Shown here in pieces: positions 24,363-38,400 of a DNA stretch of 64,000 nucleotides. The stretch covers positions 115,198,001-115,262,000 of the forward strand of contig NC_045697.1 in assembly GCF_009834535.1 (NCBI RefSeq), written 5' to 3'. The notes beneath the pieces are model-generated. The model did no database searches and was not told the DNA's origin. It worked only from the letters and a program-made list of their open reading frames with translations. This DNA comes from Camelus ferus. Taxonomy: Eukaryota. The translations under genes and the position numbers were made by a program. Numbering within the stretch: the first letter of the stretch is position 1; each line of letters starts with the position of its first letter.

Positions 24363-25741
24363 GATTCACTCATGTCGGCCAACATAATTGAGAACCATCT
24401 CGTTGGTGGAAGGATATCACAGGATAGTCTCACAAAATATCTTTATTTTCTAGATTTTATATTAAAAGTGAAGAAAGCTGCCAATATTACAGTAGCTTCT
24501 GAGCAGAAAGATACCAGACACTAATGCAGTCTTTGGCAGAAATTTCAGACAAATACAATGTGTAGAAGTAATACTCCCTGATGTGGATCAAGTTCTTTTT
24601 AAAACTGTAGAAAATCAGAATTGCAGGAGAAGAATGCTTCTGCATGTCTCCTGAAGCTCAAAACAATAGCAAAGGCAAAATTTAAATGCTCAATGTAAGT
24701 ATAAAATAAATCTCTTTTTACTGAGTGTATCAGGCAGGCCCAGTCTGATCTGATAATATCTATGTTAAGTGTAAAAATAACTAATGGAATTAGTAAGGGT
24801 CAGCTTTAGAGATGGGACACTGTTGAATGTTCATTTTATACAAAAAAATGTATTGATCTCCAAACCACTCAGACTGGACGGGTATGATAACAGTGCTTCC
24901 GGTCATAGATACCATCTCCGCTTGTGAGCTAAACTGGATTCCTCATGCATTCTATTATGTTTAAGAAATACTAATTATACTATAATACATTAATTGAATC
25001 ATCTTTCAGTGATAGGTGAGAATGATCAATCCTTTCAACTACATAGAAAGGTAATATTAACTGATAGAAATTCAGAACAATGTTTTTTTTAGGGATCCTA
25101 GCATCTAATGATCTAATTTCATAAATGAAAATTTTGAAGCTTAGAGAAGTCATCTTCATGTCCTTGATAATCTGCTTAGGGCCGATTACAAAGGCTTGCA
25201 AATTTGTGCTTATATAAATTGCTATGGATGTTGCTTTTCTATTCACGGCCAGTTACTTGGGAAACCTAGCTGTGCAAGAAAGGATTATTTAACTAATGGC
25301 CACATTGGAGTTCCAGCTAATTGACCATTCCCTCCCCCATTGAAAGAATTATTATGCGTATGGCATGACTGCAACAATTCTCCTACATATTTTCATTGAA
25401 AGTTTCATTAATGAATTTCTAACTTGCAAATTATTATTTTTTTACATCAGATTACATAACATTGCCCTCTTTTAATGTTCTCAGTCAATTATCTTTACTC
25501 TTCTTTCTCTGAATAATGATTTATTCTGAAATAAGTCACTCCTTCATTCCGTTTATATAGACTCCTCAAACAGAGAGAAAGATTTTGATTTTAATAATGG
25601 AAAGAAAAACAATGTATTTGGAAGTATATTTTGACATCCAAAGTTAGTTTAAATAATTTCTAAAGTTTTTGCAAGTCCGTAAGTTCTATACCTCTTCTTA
25701 ATATAGTAACTGAACATGTTTTCTATCACAAGTGCTCACAA

Positions 25742-25788
25742 TAGACAGATGAAAAATTATAGATAGATAATAGATAGATAGATAGATA
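25742..25788. repeat. (GATA)n simple repeat
   Basis: Seen directly. Confidence 0.85.
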
Positions 25789-26084
25789 TTTGACATGTTT
25801 GAATACATGTTAGGCACCCTTATTTTTTGATGAAAGTAATTCTTATGAAGGAAAGTGAGATATCAAGTTTATTCAGATGATATAAATTTGTTACTTTAGT
25901 GAATACATGGAAGAGTGCCCAGATTAAGGAAGCCGTGAGCAGGAACCAAAAAACAACGTGAAGAGACTCCAGATCTTTAGAAGGTTCTCTATTCTTCTTA
26001 CAGCTAGAGAGAGGTAGCCCTGAGAACAATCAGAATCCAGCAAGGTGGAAACTTACGTTCAGCAAGTGTTAAACTGGAGATGGT

Positions 26085-26320
26085 ACGTCACAGCGGTTCA
26101 GAGCTCATGCTCTGGAAACACACACTACCAAGGTGTATCACCCAGCCCTGCCATTTACTGCTGTAAGATCTGATGTCTCACTTAGCATGTCACCTCTCAG
26201 TTTCCTCATCTGTAAAATGAAATAATTACAGTAACTCTTAGGGTTATTATAAAAAATAAGATCGTCAATATATCTAACATGCTAAAAACTGTGCTCAGCA
26301 CAAGTCCTCAAAAGAACTGA
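26085..26320 (+). mobile_element. Near full-length MIR
   Basis: 'cagcggttcagagctcatgctctggaa...cccagccctgccatttactgctgt...ctcagtttcctcatctgtaaaatgaaataatt...gtgctcagcaca'. Confidence 0.88.
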
Positions 26321-26499
26321 TGCGTTATTTTTCTTCATTTTCTGTCAGTTTTCTGGACAACTTCCTTATGCTAATGATATTATGATGAAAGCACATGCAG
26401 TGAAGTAATAAATAATTAGAGGCAAAGCAATTGTTAGGGAAAGTGTTCTACCTTTCTATACTGAAAAGTTTCTAAGCAAAGACTACATTTTCATAACTG

Positions 26500-26828
26500 T
26501 TTGCAATTAACACTCTAGATAAGTAGATTATATCAATTAGATGCAAAAGCATAAGATTTGAAAAGCAGGACGTGGGCAGAGACGTCTGCACTTGAGAAGG
26601 TGAAATAAGTAGGTTCTGCGTTCTCTTATCTGATTCCTAGTTTTATGGGTGTCAGAGGCTGTTAAAACATGACCTTTTCATCATGACAGTACAGGTCTGA
26701 ACTTGAGGCCAACAGTCCAGACACAGTCCCATGTGACTTTTTCAGCATCTAATTGTTTGTATTAAACCTCTTTCTGCTAAAAATACCTAGAGTTGTTTCT
26801 GATTTCTGTATCACTCCTGAGTGATACA
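26500..26828 (+). mobile_element. LTR33-like ERVL LTR (3' part)
   Basis: 3' end 'attaaacctctttctgctaaaaatacctagagttgtttctgatttctgtatcactcctgagtgataca'. Confidence 0.6.
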
Positions 26829-26859
26829 GTGCTGGACACCATCAGTAGCTGCAAAATAA

Positions 26860-28470
26860 AATCACCAGAAGCGGAGTGGCCATGGCCACCGTAATCAATG
26901 TCAGGGTCAAATCGATAATCAAAATGGTTTGAAACTCATGTTCTTTGTTCAGGGCTATTTGATCGGTGCCCCAGAACTCAAATAGGTGAGCAATCTAAGA
27001 AAGTTCTATTGGACCTATGATAAAAAAAAATAGATACATAAAGACAGATGATAGATAAATGGATGGGTGGTTAGTTAGATGGATGGTAGATAGGTACAAC
27101 CCTCTAGGTTTGGAGAAAATGACCTGATGTAAGTTATTACAGTCAGGATTCTCTACCCAATTTCTAGACCCAAGTGAGTTCGTAGACACAGAGCCCATTT
27201 TATGAAGAGAGAACAAACGTCCTTCAAGAAGAATGTTCTGACATGGTCACAAGTGCACTTGTGGGACTTGGGGCACTTACTAAGGTGAATGTGTATCATA
27301 GAAAAGACGGAAGTACTCAGTTTAGAGGATTTGGGTGCATGGATTTTGTATTGATGTGAATTTCTGGCATCACAGAGAATCACTGTGATTTACTACTCAG
27401 TTGGAAAGCAGAGGGAGGCAGAAGAGGCTGAGTTTGACTCAAAAAGGTTTAATATCCTCGTGAGCACACCTTGTGCTTATCTCCCCACTTCCTGTATGCA
27501 AATGTGAATTAACTGCAATTGGAACCTGGCAGAATATTCACATGGGTTCCTTGTGATAAGAGCACTTCGATGAAGCCCCTTTCCGCCTGTACTAAAATAG
27601 TAAGAATCATACAATGCCACATCTGCCATGGATTTCACAGGTGCATGCCAGTCTCAAGGACTTAAAGTGAACTCTGTTGACTCCTATCACTTTCCTAATT
27701 TTTTTAGCTTATTTAGCTTTTGTAGAAAACACAGGAACTTAGAAAATGTAAGTGGATTATTATAAATATAACTGGTATTAGCTCTAACTGCAGATAGTTG
27801 ACTGATGTAGTCTCTTTACCTGACCAAATCCACACAGATCCTGTCATCTTTTGTGAGGCTTCCAGGCTAGTAATATATATTCTATCCCAGGCACTCACGC
27901 ATACTATAAACAACTTATTTTCAACAGACAGTAGCAGCAATGTTTCTTTCTGGATTATTTCAGCTTCCTGTCATAATCTAGTCTGCTGAATCATTAAACA
28001 CCCCTCCCCCCATCTTAGGGCCACCATCCAGAACCACCTTATAGATCGTAAAGCAGGCTGATTAAACCTGGGATACCAGGAGTAGCAGGTAGTGTAGGTA
28101 ACGTGGTAATACATATATGGTCCAGGTGATGGGAGAAATGAAAAAAAAAAAAAATCTGGAATATGCTGAAACTTCTGGAGAGCAGTGATCTGGGGACATG
28201 TCAAAATACCCTCTCTAAAATCAAATGCACTTGTTGAACCATTGCGCTCTCTACGCCTAAGAAAGACATATGACACTTAGTCGCTCTTTTTGAAGTTTAG
28301 AGGAAATAAACATTAGAGATCAGCCTGGGCCACCAGTACATTCTAAAGACCTCTTTAAAGCTACAGCTTTTGGAGAGAGTTCAGGACAAGAGAAGACCTT
28401 TCCACTGATCCAGGCTGCAGTGTAAACCCTGTTGCTTTAGCCACGTGACCTAGCAAATCCAGATTCTCCT
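26860..28470 (+). mobile_element. Highly decayed ERVL internal remnant (gag end, pro, RT, connection)
   Basis: Colinear ERVL-like motifs: 'caatttctagacccaagtgagttcgtagacacagagccc', 'ctcaaggacttaaag', 'gattattataaatataactgg' (DYRKLN-like), 'caggacaagagaagacc...tccaggctgcagtgtaa'. Confidence 0.7.
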
Positions 28471-28824
28471 CTCCTAGTTCTCTATCATTTTATATAAAGT
28501 GTATATTTCTACAAACTTCACAGTTCAGCCTTTTAGCTTAGGATATCAGTGTGGCATTGAATTAGAAAAGGAATGAACATCACCAAGAACTGGATATAGT
28601 GACTGTTGTGGGAATAGGGCCATGGACACGTATATAATGAGCACCCTAAAGTTCTAATGTGAAATAATTAATTAAAGGGGTGATTACAGGGAAAGAAAGA
28701 TCAAAATGCAGAGAGATGTGCTAAGCTGCAAATGAGAATTCCAGTAAAATGCCAACCTCTCCTTTGTACTGCTCTATATATTTATAAAAGAGAAGGCCGG
28801 GGATATCCATTTGAATGTCTTCAA

Positions 28825-29730
28825 GGAGCTTCCCCCAGAAGGAAATAAGACCTAAGATCTGAGTGCAGTATTTTTGGAGATGATAATAGGAAGCACTTGT
28901 AGGAAAGACATCTAATAACATGCGCATTTTATGAGTAGTTTTCAATGAGCAGTTTTGATGAGTGGATATGGATCCGTTAGTTCCTACCAGTTATTGGCAG
29001 AAAGGGGCCCCTGGGGTCGTTAAATTCTTGGCAGTTTTAGCCTGCTACATGCACGGACTCAGCCAGCTCTGACATCCACCCATAGGAATCTTTTCAGCAA
29101 TAATGACTAGATGCTTGTGTTACCCCAAAAGGTAAAGACCTCAGGTCTTGCCATACCCCAAAGATAAGGTTACAGTTGGGAGAAGCTGCATCGTGTAGTG
29201 AAAGATTTTAAAAGATTTATTTTAAAAAGGAAAACTACACCTCCAAGAACAGGAGGCCAGCTGATCCGAGTGAGGATGGCAATGGTCATTTTCTCCTCTC
29301 TTGTACCCTCGCTTACAGGGGGTCTCTTGACTGATTGACAGCTCTTGCCCCTGGAGTACTGAGTCATGTTTGGCCCCTTTTGTGTGTGTCCTTACCCATG
29401 ATGCACACAGGAAAACCCATTGTAGGGGGTTGGGGACTAAACCACAATGTTAATTGTGAGCACTGGATCATGTCGGTTTAAATCCTTGTCGCTACCACGC
29501 AGTCATGGCTAACCGGATTCGCGCTGGCACTCATTTAAAAGTCATAAAGTCCCTTTGTGCTGGAGGCGGGCATAATGCCATCTTCTGGACCCTCCTCCCT
29601 CTCCTCCACTTGTCTTCCTGGTTCCCCCACTTATCTAACTGCCTAACTCTTGCAGTAATAAATAATTGGGCTGGCCTGTCTAAGGCCCTACGTGACAAGG
29701 TGATATAGATGGAGGCACAGGATACCCCGT
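28825..29730 (-). mobile_element. LTR16-like ERVL LTR, interrupted by an ERV1 LTR
   Basis: 'ttcccccagaaggaaataagacctaagatctgagtgcagtatttttggagatgat...ggggtcgttaaattcttggcagttttagcctgc'. Confidence 0.6.
29118..29648 (-). mobile_element. ERV1-class solo LTR
   Basis: Starts 'tgttacccc', ends 'ttatctaactgcctaact'; perfect 4-bp TSD cttg (29114-29117 and 29649-29652); 'tttatt' poly(A) signal ~29216. Confidence 0.8.
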
Positions 29731-29859
29731 GTCCTGGTCTATTCCTTCCACAGCTTGGATCCATTAATTATGCTGACTTACTAATTCTTCACTGTGATGG
29801 CTGGTCAGAACCTCTGGAATAATCATTACAAATGCAGTGTTAAAAATTAAATGGCCACA

Positions 29860-30530
29860 ACGCCATCATTAGCATTTATTGTCTCTTCCTTGTTCTTGAA
29901 ATATATCTAACTCCACTTCACACAGATTCCTGTCCCTTCCATGGTGAAAAGGGTCAGTCTTAATAGTTTACCTGCAATCAGGTGGGTGGTCAGTCTCCTG
30001 GAGGGAGAAGAACAGAGTGAGGATACAGGATTGGTGACTGCCAGTGACTTTAGCCCTGGCAGTAGCCAGACTGGTGAGAGGGAGTTCATGCTATTGGGCC
30101 CATTAGACCTTCCATCCCTGATGCCATGAAAACTCTGTCCATTGGACTATTAGGCAAGTACCACATACACATATATGGTGGTCGAGTATCTCTTCTGCAG
30201 AAGATTCTGCTCTCAGGATGTGACAAAAAACTATGCACTTGTGCTGATTCCAACAGCACAACCCATTCACAAGCCTTTGTTCAAGACTTTGATGCCAACA
30301 ACATTACCACCTTGCTTTCTGAAAAGCCAGATGAAGCAGGTAACACGCTCACATCACTAAGGCATCTATCTGCAACCTTAGTTCTAAGCATTAGGTCTAC
30401 TGCTCAAAGATCTGCACTGTTTTCCATAACCCTGTCTTTCAGTGTGGGACTGTCATTGGCATATCCCAGTTTTGTTTTAGACTAAATGGAGATAACCCAG
30501 TTTTCAACTTTGCCTATTTTTTTTTCCTGG
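29860..30530 (-). mobile_element. ERVL pol remnant (RNase H to integrase N-terminal part)
   Basis: Minus strand gives PGD*PPT*LQVNY..PWKGQE..SGV, matching ERVL integrase PWGDQPATWWQVDYIGPLPSWKGQRFVLTGID; a 'ctgaaagacagggttatggaaaac' RNase H-like motif lies upstream. Confidence 0.65.
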
Positions 30531-32912
30531 TTTAAAAAAACACAACTAATGATGCCATAGGTGTGAGCTGAGAGAGAGGTGTTGATGTAACAGAGGCAGC
30601 TCTTTGAGTCTCAAGAATGCTGTCCACACCTACAGATTTATTCACTTGTAATGTTTTGGCAGACCGTATATATTTATTTGCTGATTGAATTAACAGTTTG
30701 CATTCAAGTTTGGCACCAACTTGACTAGATAATTCCTGTAAATTTTATAAGCTGTTTCATGATTAGTCACACTAGAATAGTTTTGAAAATACAGCATATT
30801 AAAAAAAAAGACAGCTAGAAATGAGAAGAATTTGTAGTTCACACACAAACATGCTATTGTACAATTTACTCATGTGTTCATTTTGGACGTTACTAGGTGT
30901 AACTTTTTGCAGACTTGAAAATTTCAGATCTTTAACACACAGCTCTAATTAGAGACTTATTTTGATTCCTGAAATACTTTTCATAACTCAGCAGAGGGCC
31001 ATATTATAGCATCTAATGCCAATATATCCTAATTAAAATAGATACTTGGCCATATATAACCAATAAGTATTGAATAGTGAACTCTAAGAACTTAAAAAAT
31101 GCTGAAATTAGAGCTCTTAGATCAATGTTAACCCAATCACTCACTATGAAGTCAGTCTAATACATTTTAACATAAACAAACACTACAACTACTGTGCAAT
31201 ATAACAATTAAGAGATAGATTTATAAACCCTTAATTTTAAAAGAGTTGATTTTTTATTTTAGCACTGATATTATTTTAAATCAACTTTTGCAGACCCAAA
31301 GGTTTATAGACTTCTGAATCTTGAGAAAAGGAAAAGAGACAAACAAACAAACAAAAAAATAATAAAACTGCTGAACTTGGGGAAAAAAAAAAAGGATTTG
31401 CTCTTTTTTGGTATTATGGGAAGTCTGAGACAGTTGGAATAATTAAGAAGGCTCCTTCAAAAAAAAATTCAAAAAATATTTTTGAGTTAGCATATCTGAC
31501 ACTAATATAAAGTGATTCACCGCATAATGACAGAAAATTATACTAAAATCTAATGAAAACAAAGCCTTGTAAGATGAGAAATGCCTCCTTTCTGCAGAGA
31601 GTCCAGATGTTTTTTGGCAATATCTTGCACTTTTGCGAGAAGGGGTGGTGGGTGAAAGATGTTTCCTCATATAAATTAGGGAAGAATTCTTTTCGGCGAT
31701 GTCACAACAGATGTGGATTGGAGTTTTGATGGTAGCTCCCAGCTGCACTGCTTCCTGACCCACCAGAAATCACACACACGTGACATCTATAGACACCGTG
31801 AAGTTAAAAGAACTGGCAGAATGTCCCCCTGTAGGTGTGATTAAGGAGAGCCCTCCCTCTTCCTTTTTCTTGGATGACATGGAGCCTCGTCTGAATTATG
31901 TGAATTTTTAGAGTAAACAAACATAAGTATAAAGAATTTGAGTGTTGTATGTAAATTCAAACCTTATTATATATTTTATAGATCAGGTTTCTTTCCAGTG
32001 ATCCATGATTTTTTTTTTTCCTGTTACTCAACGAATGTAAAAAGCTGAACAGTATTTAATATAATTGAGAGGTTATTTTTGAAATGACTGATCTAAAACT
32101 TTGACTGTGTGACATATTAAAAATTCACTTTGGGATTCCTCAGTGCCTCTCCAAGGAAGGAGCAATCTAGACATCTAAAACTGAGACAGAATGAGAGCCT
32201 GCATAATCATGATGAGAAGAAACGCATTCAAAGTAGGATCCTGGGACAGAGGAAATGAAACAGTGGCCTTGAGTATAAGCCCCAGATTAAAAGTCACGAA
32301 GGAAAACACGGCAAGTCAATTTGCAACTTGCTTCACAGATGGGCAACTCTAGGAAATACACTCTATGATGAATGACTGCAGGGGTTATTTGATGAAACAA
32401 AGGTTTAAAATTCACACTTCTTTTTTCACTAGCCACCCTAAACACATTTTAAACAAAGGCAGATACTTAAGAAAAGCAAGACTAAGATATCCAAAACTTA
32501 AAGAGGAAAGTAAGAGGGGGAAATAAAACTGGCTTAACTGCATTGTTTATGCTTAAACTTGAAGGCATATCTTCCAAGAAGTTGCTGTCAAAAAATTGAG
32601 CTCAAGTCAATTAATATCAAAATATTTGGACCTAAGAACACATTTATAACACAGAACACTACTAGGGGCCCATACATAGAATGTACATCTGGATTAATGT
32701 AGGCAAAACAATAAAAAACTCATATGGGTAAGTTCTTTTTTTCACAACATTATCAAGAATTTGATTCATATATAATTATTCTACTTTGCACCCCTAATAT
32801 ATATAAAATAATAAAATAGATTTTGAAATGAGAATTAAATACAAGATGCAAATAACCATTCACATTTTATCTTATGCTTTACAGAATGGTAAATGCTTAC
32901 ATCTACTATTTA

Positions 32913-32954
32913 TATTTTTTATTGAAGTATAGTCAGTTTACAATGTTGTGTCCA
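32913..32954 (-). mobile_element. Extremely 5'-truncated young L1 (~40 bp)
   Basis: 'ttttttattgaagtatagtcagtttacaatgttgtgtc' flanked by a 17-bp TSD cttacatcta[c/t]tattta (32896-32912 and 32955-32971). Confidence 0.9.
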
Positions 32955-33196
32955 CTTACATCTATTATTTAATATAGAATTTTTGTGTTTTCTTTTACCT
33001 GCACAATATTCAGAAGACTTGTTCAGAAAGATATTTATTACCATGTTTCATCAAATGTATTTCAATGTTTTGCCTTATTTGAAAGATAGTAATGAAAAAA
33101 TATTTCTACAACCAATTTTATAATATTTAAAAAATATTAAATTTATAAAGAACCATTTTGTCAGATATTTGAAAATTACTTCATCCTCTTTGAAAT

Positions 33197-35430
33197 ATTA
33201 ATAGACTATTTTATGAACAGTTTTAGGTTTACAGAAAAACTGAGCAGATAGTACAGACATCAGATACAACCCGGTTCATGCTTTTCTCCTAGTTTTGACA
33301 TCTTGCATTAGTGTGCTACATTTGTTTCAATTTATAAACAAATGCAGGCACATTATTATTAACCGAACTCCACAGTTTACACTGGGGTTTGCTCTTTGTG
33401 TTGGACAGTTTCATGGATATTGACAAATGCCTAATGTCATGTATCTTTACAGGTTATTACAATATCTTCCACTATAGCTTCACCACCCTTAAAAATCCCT
33501 TGCACTCCATCTACTCACTCCACTCTCCCCCATTCCCTCTGGAAACCACTCATTTTTTTAAATGTCTGTATAGTTTTACCTTTTCCAGCATGTCATAAAC
33601 TGGAAATATACAGTATATAGTATAGCCTTTTGCAACTGGTTTCTTAGCAGTGTGCATTTAAGTTTTCTCCATATCATTTCATAACTTGATAGCTCAGTCC
33701 TTTTTTTGCTTAATAACATCCCATTGTATGAATGTACCAAAGTTTGTTCATGCATTCACCTATTGAGAGGCATCTTGATTGCTCCCAATGTTTGGCAATT
33801 ATGAATAAAACTGCTATAAACATTAATGTGCAAAATTGTGTTTGGACCCACTTGAGTATTGCTGGATTGTATGCTAAGACTATGTTCACCTTGGTCAAAA
33901 CTGCCAAACTGTCTTCCAAAGTGGCTGCATCATTTTGATTTCCCACCAGGAATGAATGAGAGTTCCTGTTCTACACCCTTTTCTGTATTTGCTCTTGTCA
34001 GTGTTTCCAGTCAAGGCCGTTCTAATGGATGTGTAGTAGTCTTTCAATGTTATCTTAATTTGCAATTGCAATTCTTTAATACCATATGATGTTGAGCATT
34101 TTTGACATGCTTATTGGCCATCTTTTCTTTTCTTTTCTTTTTTAGTGAACTGTCTATTCAGAATTTTTTCCATTTTTAATTTCTTTGTTTTTGTGTGTTG
34201 AGTTTAAAGGGTTTTTTGTATATTTTGAATACAAGTGCTTTACCAGATATATGTTTTACAACTTTTTTCTCCCAGATAATGGCATGTCTTTCATTGTCTT
34301 AAAAGTACCTTGTTCAGCACGGAAGTCTAACTTATTTTATTCTTACATAGGTGGGGCTTTTGGTGTTATATCTAAATATTTGTTGCCAAACCTAAGGTCA
34401 TCTGGGTTTCCTCCTATGATATTTTCTAGAATGTTTAAGTTTTTCAGTTTACATCCAGGTCTACAATACACTTTGAGTTAATTTTTGTGGAAAATGTAAG
34501 GTCTATGTCTGTATTTGTTATTTTTTCATGTGAATGTCCAGCTTTCCCAGCACAACTTGTTAAAAAGACTGTTATTTCTCCATTGAATCACCTTTATTCC
34601 TTTACCAAACATCAGTTGACTCTATTTCTTGGCTCTATATTGTGTTCCACTGATCTATTTGTCTACTATTACATCAGTACTACACAGTCTTGATTACTGT
34701 AGCTTTATAATAAACCATAAAGAATAGTAGTATTAATTCTCCAAATGTGTTTTTTTCTTTTTCAGTCTTGTATTGGCTATTACCAGTCTTTCACCTTTAC
34801 ATACAAACTTCACTAGAAATTTTAACTGGGATTGAATTGAATTTATACATAAACTTGGGAAAAACTGACATCTTAACAATATTGTCTTCCTTGATGGAAT
34901 ATTTTTTAATTTATTTCTTATTTCTTTAGTTTTTTTTTTGATCAAAGTTTCATACTTTTCTTCATGTAGATCTTGTGTATATTTGGTTGGATATCTACCT
35001 AAGTACGTCCCACTTGTTGGTGCTAATGAAAGTGGTATTGTGTTTTATATTTCAAATCCAAATAGTTTATTGCTTCTATAGAGGAAACCAAATGACTTTT
35101 GTATGTTAATCTTGTATTTTCCGAACTTGCTCTAATTGTATAACAGTTTGAAGTGTTTTTTTAGTCAATTCTTTGGTATTTTCTTATAGGCAATTGTGTC
35201 ATCTGCCAACAAAGATAGTTTTATTTCTCTCTTCCAATCACTACACCTTCAGTTTCCTTTTCTTATCATATTGCGCTTGCTAGTACTTCCAGTATGATGC
35301 TGTCTTTTTCTCAATTTTTGGGTGAAAACATCTAGTTCCTAACTCTCAAGCATGATGTGAGCTAAAAGTTAATTTGTAGCTGTTCTTCATCAAGATGAAG
35401 AAGCTTTTCTCTATTCCTAGTTTGGTAAGA

Positions 35431-35463
<33 letters not shown>

Positions 35464-38400
35464 TGAATGGATGTTGGATTTTGCTAAATGCTTTTTTTTG
35501 CATCTGTTGTTTTAATCATGTGTTTTTTTCCCTCCTTTAAACTTTTCCTGCAATGGAATGTATTAATTCATTTTGAATGTTGAATCAGCCTTCTATATCT
35601 TGAATAAATTCTACTTGGTACTAATATATAGTTGTTTTTATACATTGTGAGATTCTATACGTTAGTATTTTGTTGATTATCTCTGCACCCATGTTTATGA
35701 GATGTATTGATCTGTAGTTTGTATTTTTTTTCTTGTCATGTCTTTTTCTAGTTTTGGTATGAAGATAATTCTCACTTCATGGACTGAGTGAGGGAGTATT
35801 CCATCTATTTTCTATTTCTAAACAAGGCTGTAGAGAATTGGTGCAATTTCTTCCTTAATTTTTATTTATTTATTTTTTTAATTTTAGAATTCAACAGTGT
35901 TGAATTCATCTGGGTCTGGTGATTTCATTTTGGAAGGTTATGAATTATTGATTTAATTTTCAACAGATAATAAGCCTATTCTAATTATGTTTCTCCTTGT
36001 GTGACTTTTAGAAAGTATGTCTTTCAAGAAAGTGGTTCATTAAATCTAAGCTATCAAGTTTGTGAGTATAGAATTGTTCATAATATTCCATCATTAGCTT
36101 TTTAGTGTCCATGAGAAAAGTGATGATTGCCTCTTTTTATTTCTGATATTAGTTTTTTTTTCCTTTTCTTTATTTTTGTCTTTGCATTTACTTACCTGAT
36201 ATTAATGATTTGAGTCTTCTCTTTTATTTTCTCAGTTAGCTTAGTGAGAAATTAATCAGTTCAATTGATTGTTTCAGAAACCAGCTTTTTGTTTCATTGA
36301 TTTTTCTCCATTGCTTACCTTTTTCAATTTTATTAGTTTCCACTGTAATCTTTATTATTTATTTTCTTCTTTTGCTTTAAATTTATATTGCTCTTCTTTC
36401 TCTAGTTTCTTAACTAGATTCTTAAATTATTTATTTTAGATTTTCTTCTTTTGTAAAATATGTGTTTCATGCTATAAATTTCCCTGTTAAGCACTGCTGT
36501 CACTACATCCCACAAATTTTGACAATTGTATTCTCATCTTCATTTGGTGCAAAATATGCATTTAAATTTTTTTCTTAAGACTTCTTTGATTCAAGTGTTA
36601 TTTAGAAGTGTCTTGCTAAATTTCCAAATATTTGCAGTTTTTCAGCCATCTTTCTGTTTTGATTTCTAGTTAAATTCCACTGGAGTCTGAGAGCACACCC
36701 TGTAGGATTTCTATTCTTTTTGCATGTTATGTCCCAGAATGTGACCTATCATAATGAGTGCTCTGTGTGATCTTGGGAAAAATGAAAATACTCCTGTTGT
36801 TGGATATTCTATAGCTGTCAATTAGATCCAATTGATTGATGGTGCCGTCTAGTCCAACTATGTCCCTTCCAGTGTTTTGCCTGCTGAATCTGTCAACTAC
36901 TGAAAAAGTGGTGCATAAGTCTCCAGTTATGGATATTTGCTTATTTATCCTTGATATTCTATAGCTTTGGCTCATGTGCTTTGATTCTCTGTTATTAGGT
37001 GTATAGACTTTAAGGATTGTTGTGTCTCCTTGCAGAACTGACTCCTTTGTTATTACATGACATTCCTCTCTATATTTGATGATTTCCTTTGTTCTGAAGT
37101 CTGCTTTATCTGAAATTAATATAGCTACCCCAATATTCCTTTGATTATTGTTAACATGGAATATCACTTTTAACCTATTTGTGTCTTCATATTTAAGTTG
37201 TTTTTTAATAAATGACATGTAGTTGGGCCTTACTTTTTACCCACTCCCTCTGTTTCTAATTGATGTTTATAGATCATTTACATTTCAAGTCTTTATTGGT
37301 ATAATTGGAGTCATAGTGATCTTATTTGTTACTATTTATTGCCTTTGTTCTTTGTTTTCTTTTTCAGTCTTTTTGTTTGCTGTTTCTTTTTCTCCTTTGG
37401 TTTTAATTGAGCAACCTTACTTACTCAGTTTTCTCTCCTCTCCTAGCGTATCAGTTACACTTCTTTTTTCCAATGACTTTTGTGTTTGAAATACACATTT
37501 ACAAGTAATCTAAGTCCACTTTCAGACAGTGTACTACTTCATAAGTGTTGCAGGTATCCTATAACTGAGTATTCTCCCTTCTCCCTACCACCCTTATAAC
37601 ATCGCTGCCAGTTCACTGATCCACATACTATAATCACAATACACTGCTGCTAGATTACTTTGAATAATTATTGATCAGATCATTTAGAAATACATCAAGT
37701 AAAAGATCTTATTTAACTTTTTGTATTCCTTCTCTAATGCCCTTTCTTTCTTTATGTGGGTCTGAATTTCTCACCTATATTATTTTTTCTTCTCTCTGAA
37801 GACCTTTTTTTTTTTTTTTTTTTTAATATTTTGCAAGGCAGACCTACTGGTGACAAATTCCCTCATTGTTTGTTTCTCTCAGAAAGTTGTTATTTCTCCT
37901 GCACTTTTGAGGGAAAATTTTGATGAATTCCGAGTTCTATTTTGGTGGATTTTTTTTTTCTTTCAAAATATTAAACATTTTATTCCATTCTTTCTTGTTT
38001 ACATAGTCTATGAAAAGTCCTGTTTTTCCTTTCTTGTACTTACATAAATAATAATAATGCTAAGCTCCACCCTTCAGCTTGTTTCCAGATTTTTCTCTGC
38101 CTCTGTTTTTCTGCATTTTAAATGTGATGTATGATATACCAAGTTTATCCATATGACAGATATGGTATTTATCCTGCTTCGTGCTCCCTGAGCTTCCTGG
38201 ATCTGTTTTTAGTGTCTGCCGTTAATTGTGGAAACAATTTCGGCCATTATTACTTCATTTATTTCTTCTGCTTATTTCTCTCTCTCCTTTCCTAGTACTC
38301 CTGTTACACATGTTGCACCTTTTGTAGTTGTCCCACAGCTGTGCGAAAGCTTTTGAGTTTAATTAGGTCCCAATTGTTTATTTTTGCTTTTATTTCCATT

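Noticed and set aside
26045..26065. Minus-strand donor AAC|GTAAGT next to a MIR (exonisation)
   Set aside because: An isolated donor motif with no supported acceptor or frame.
36727..37218. 163-aa ORF as a functional endonuclease
   Set aside because: It is a fragment of L1 ORF2 with internal deletions, surrounded by stops.
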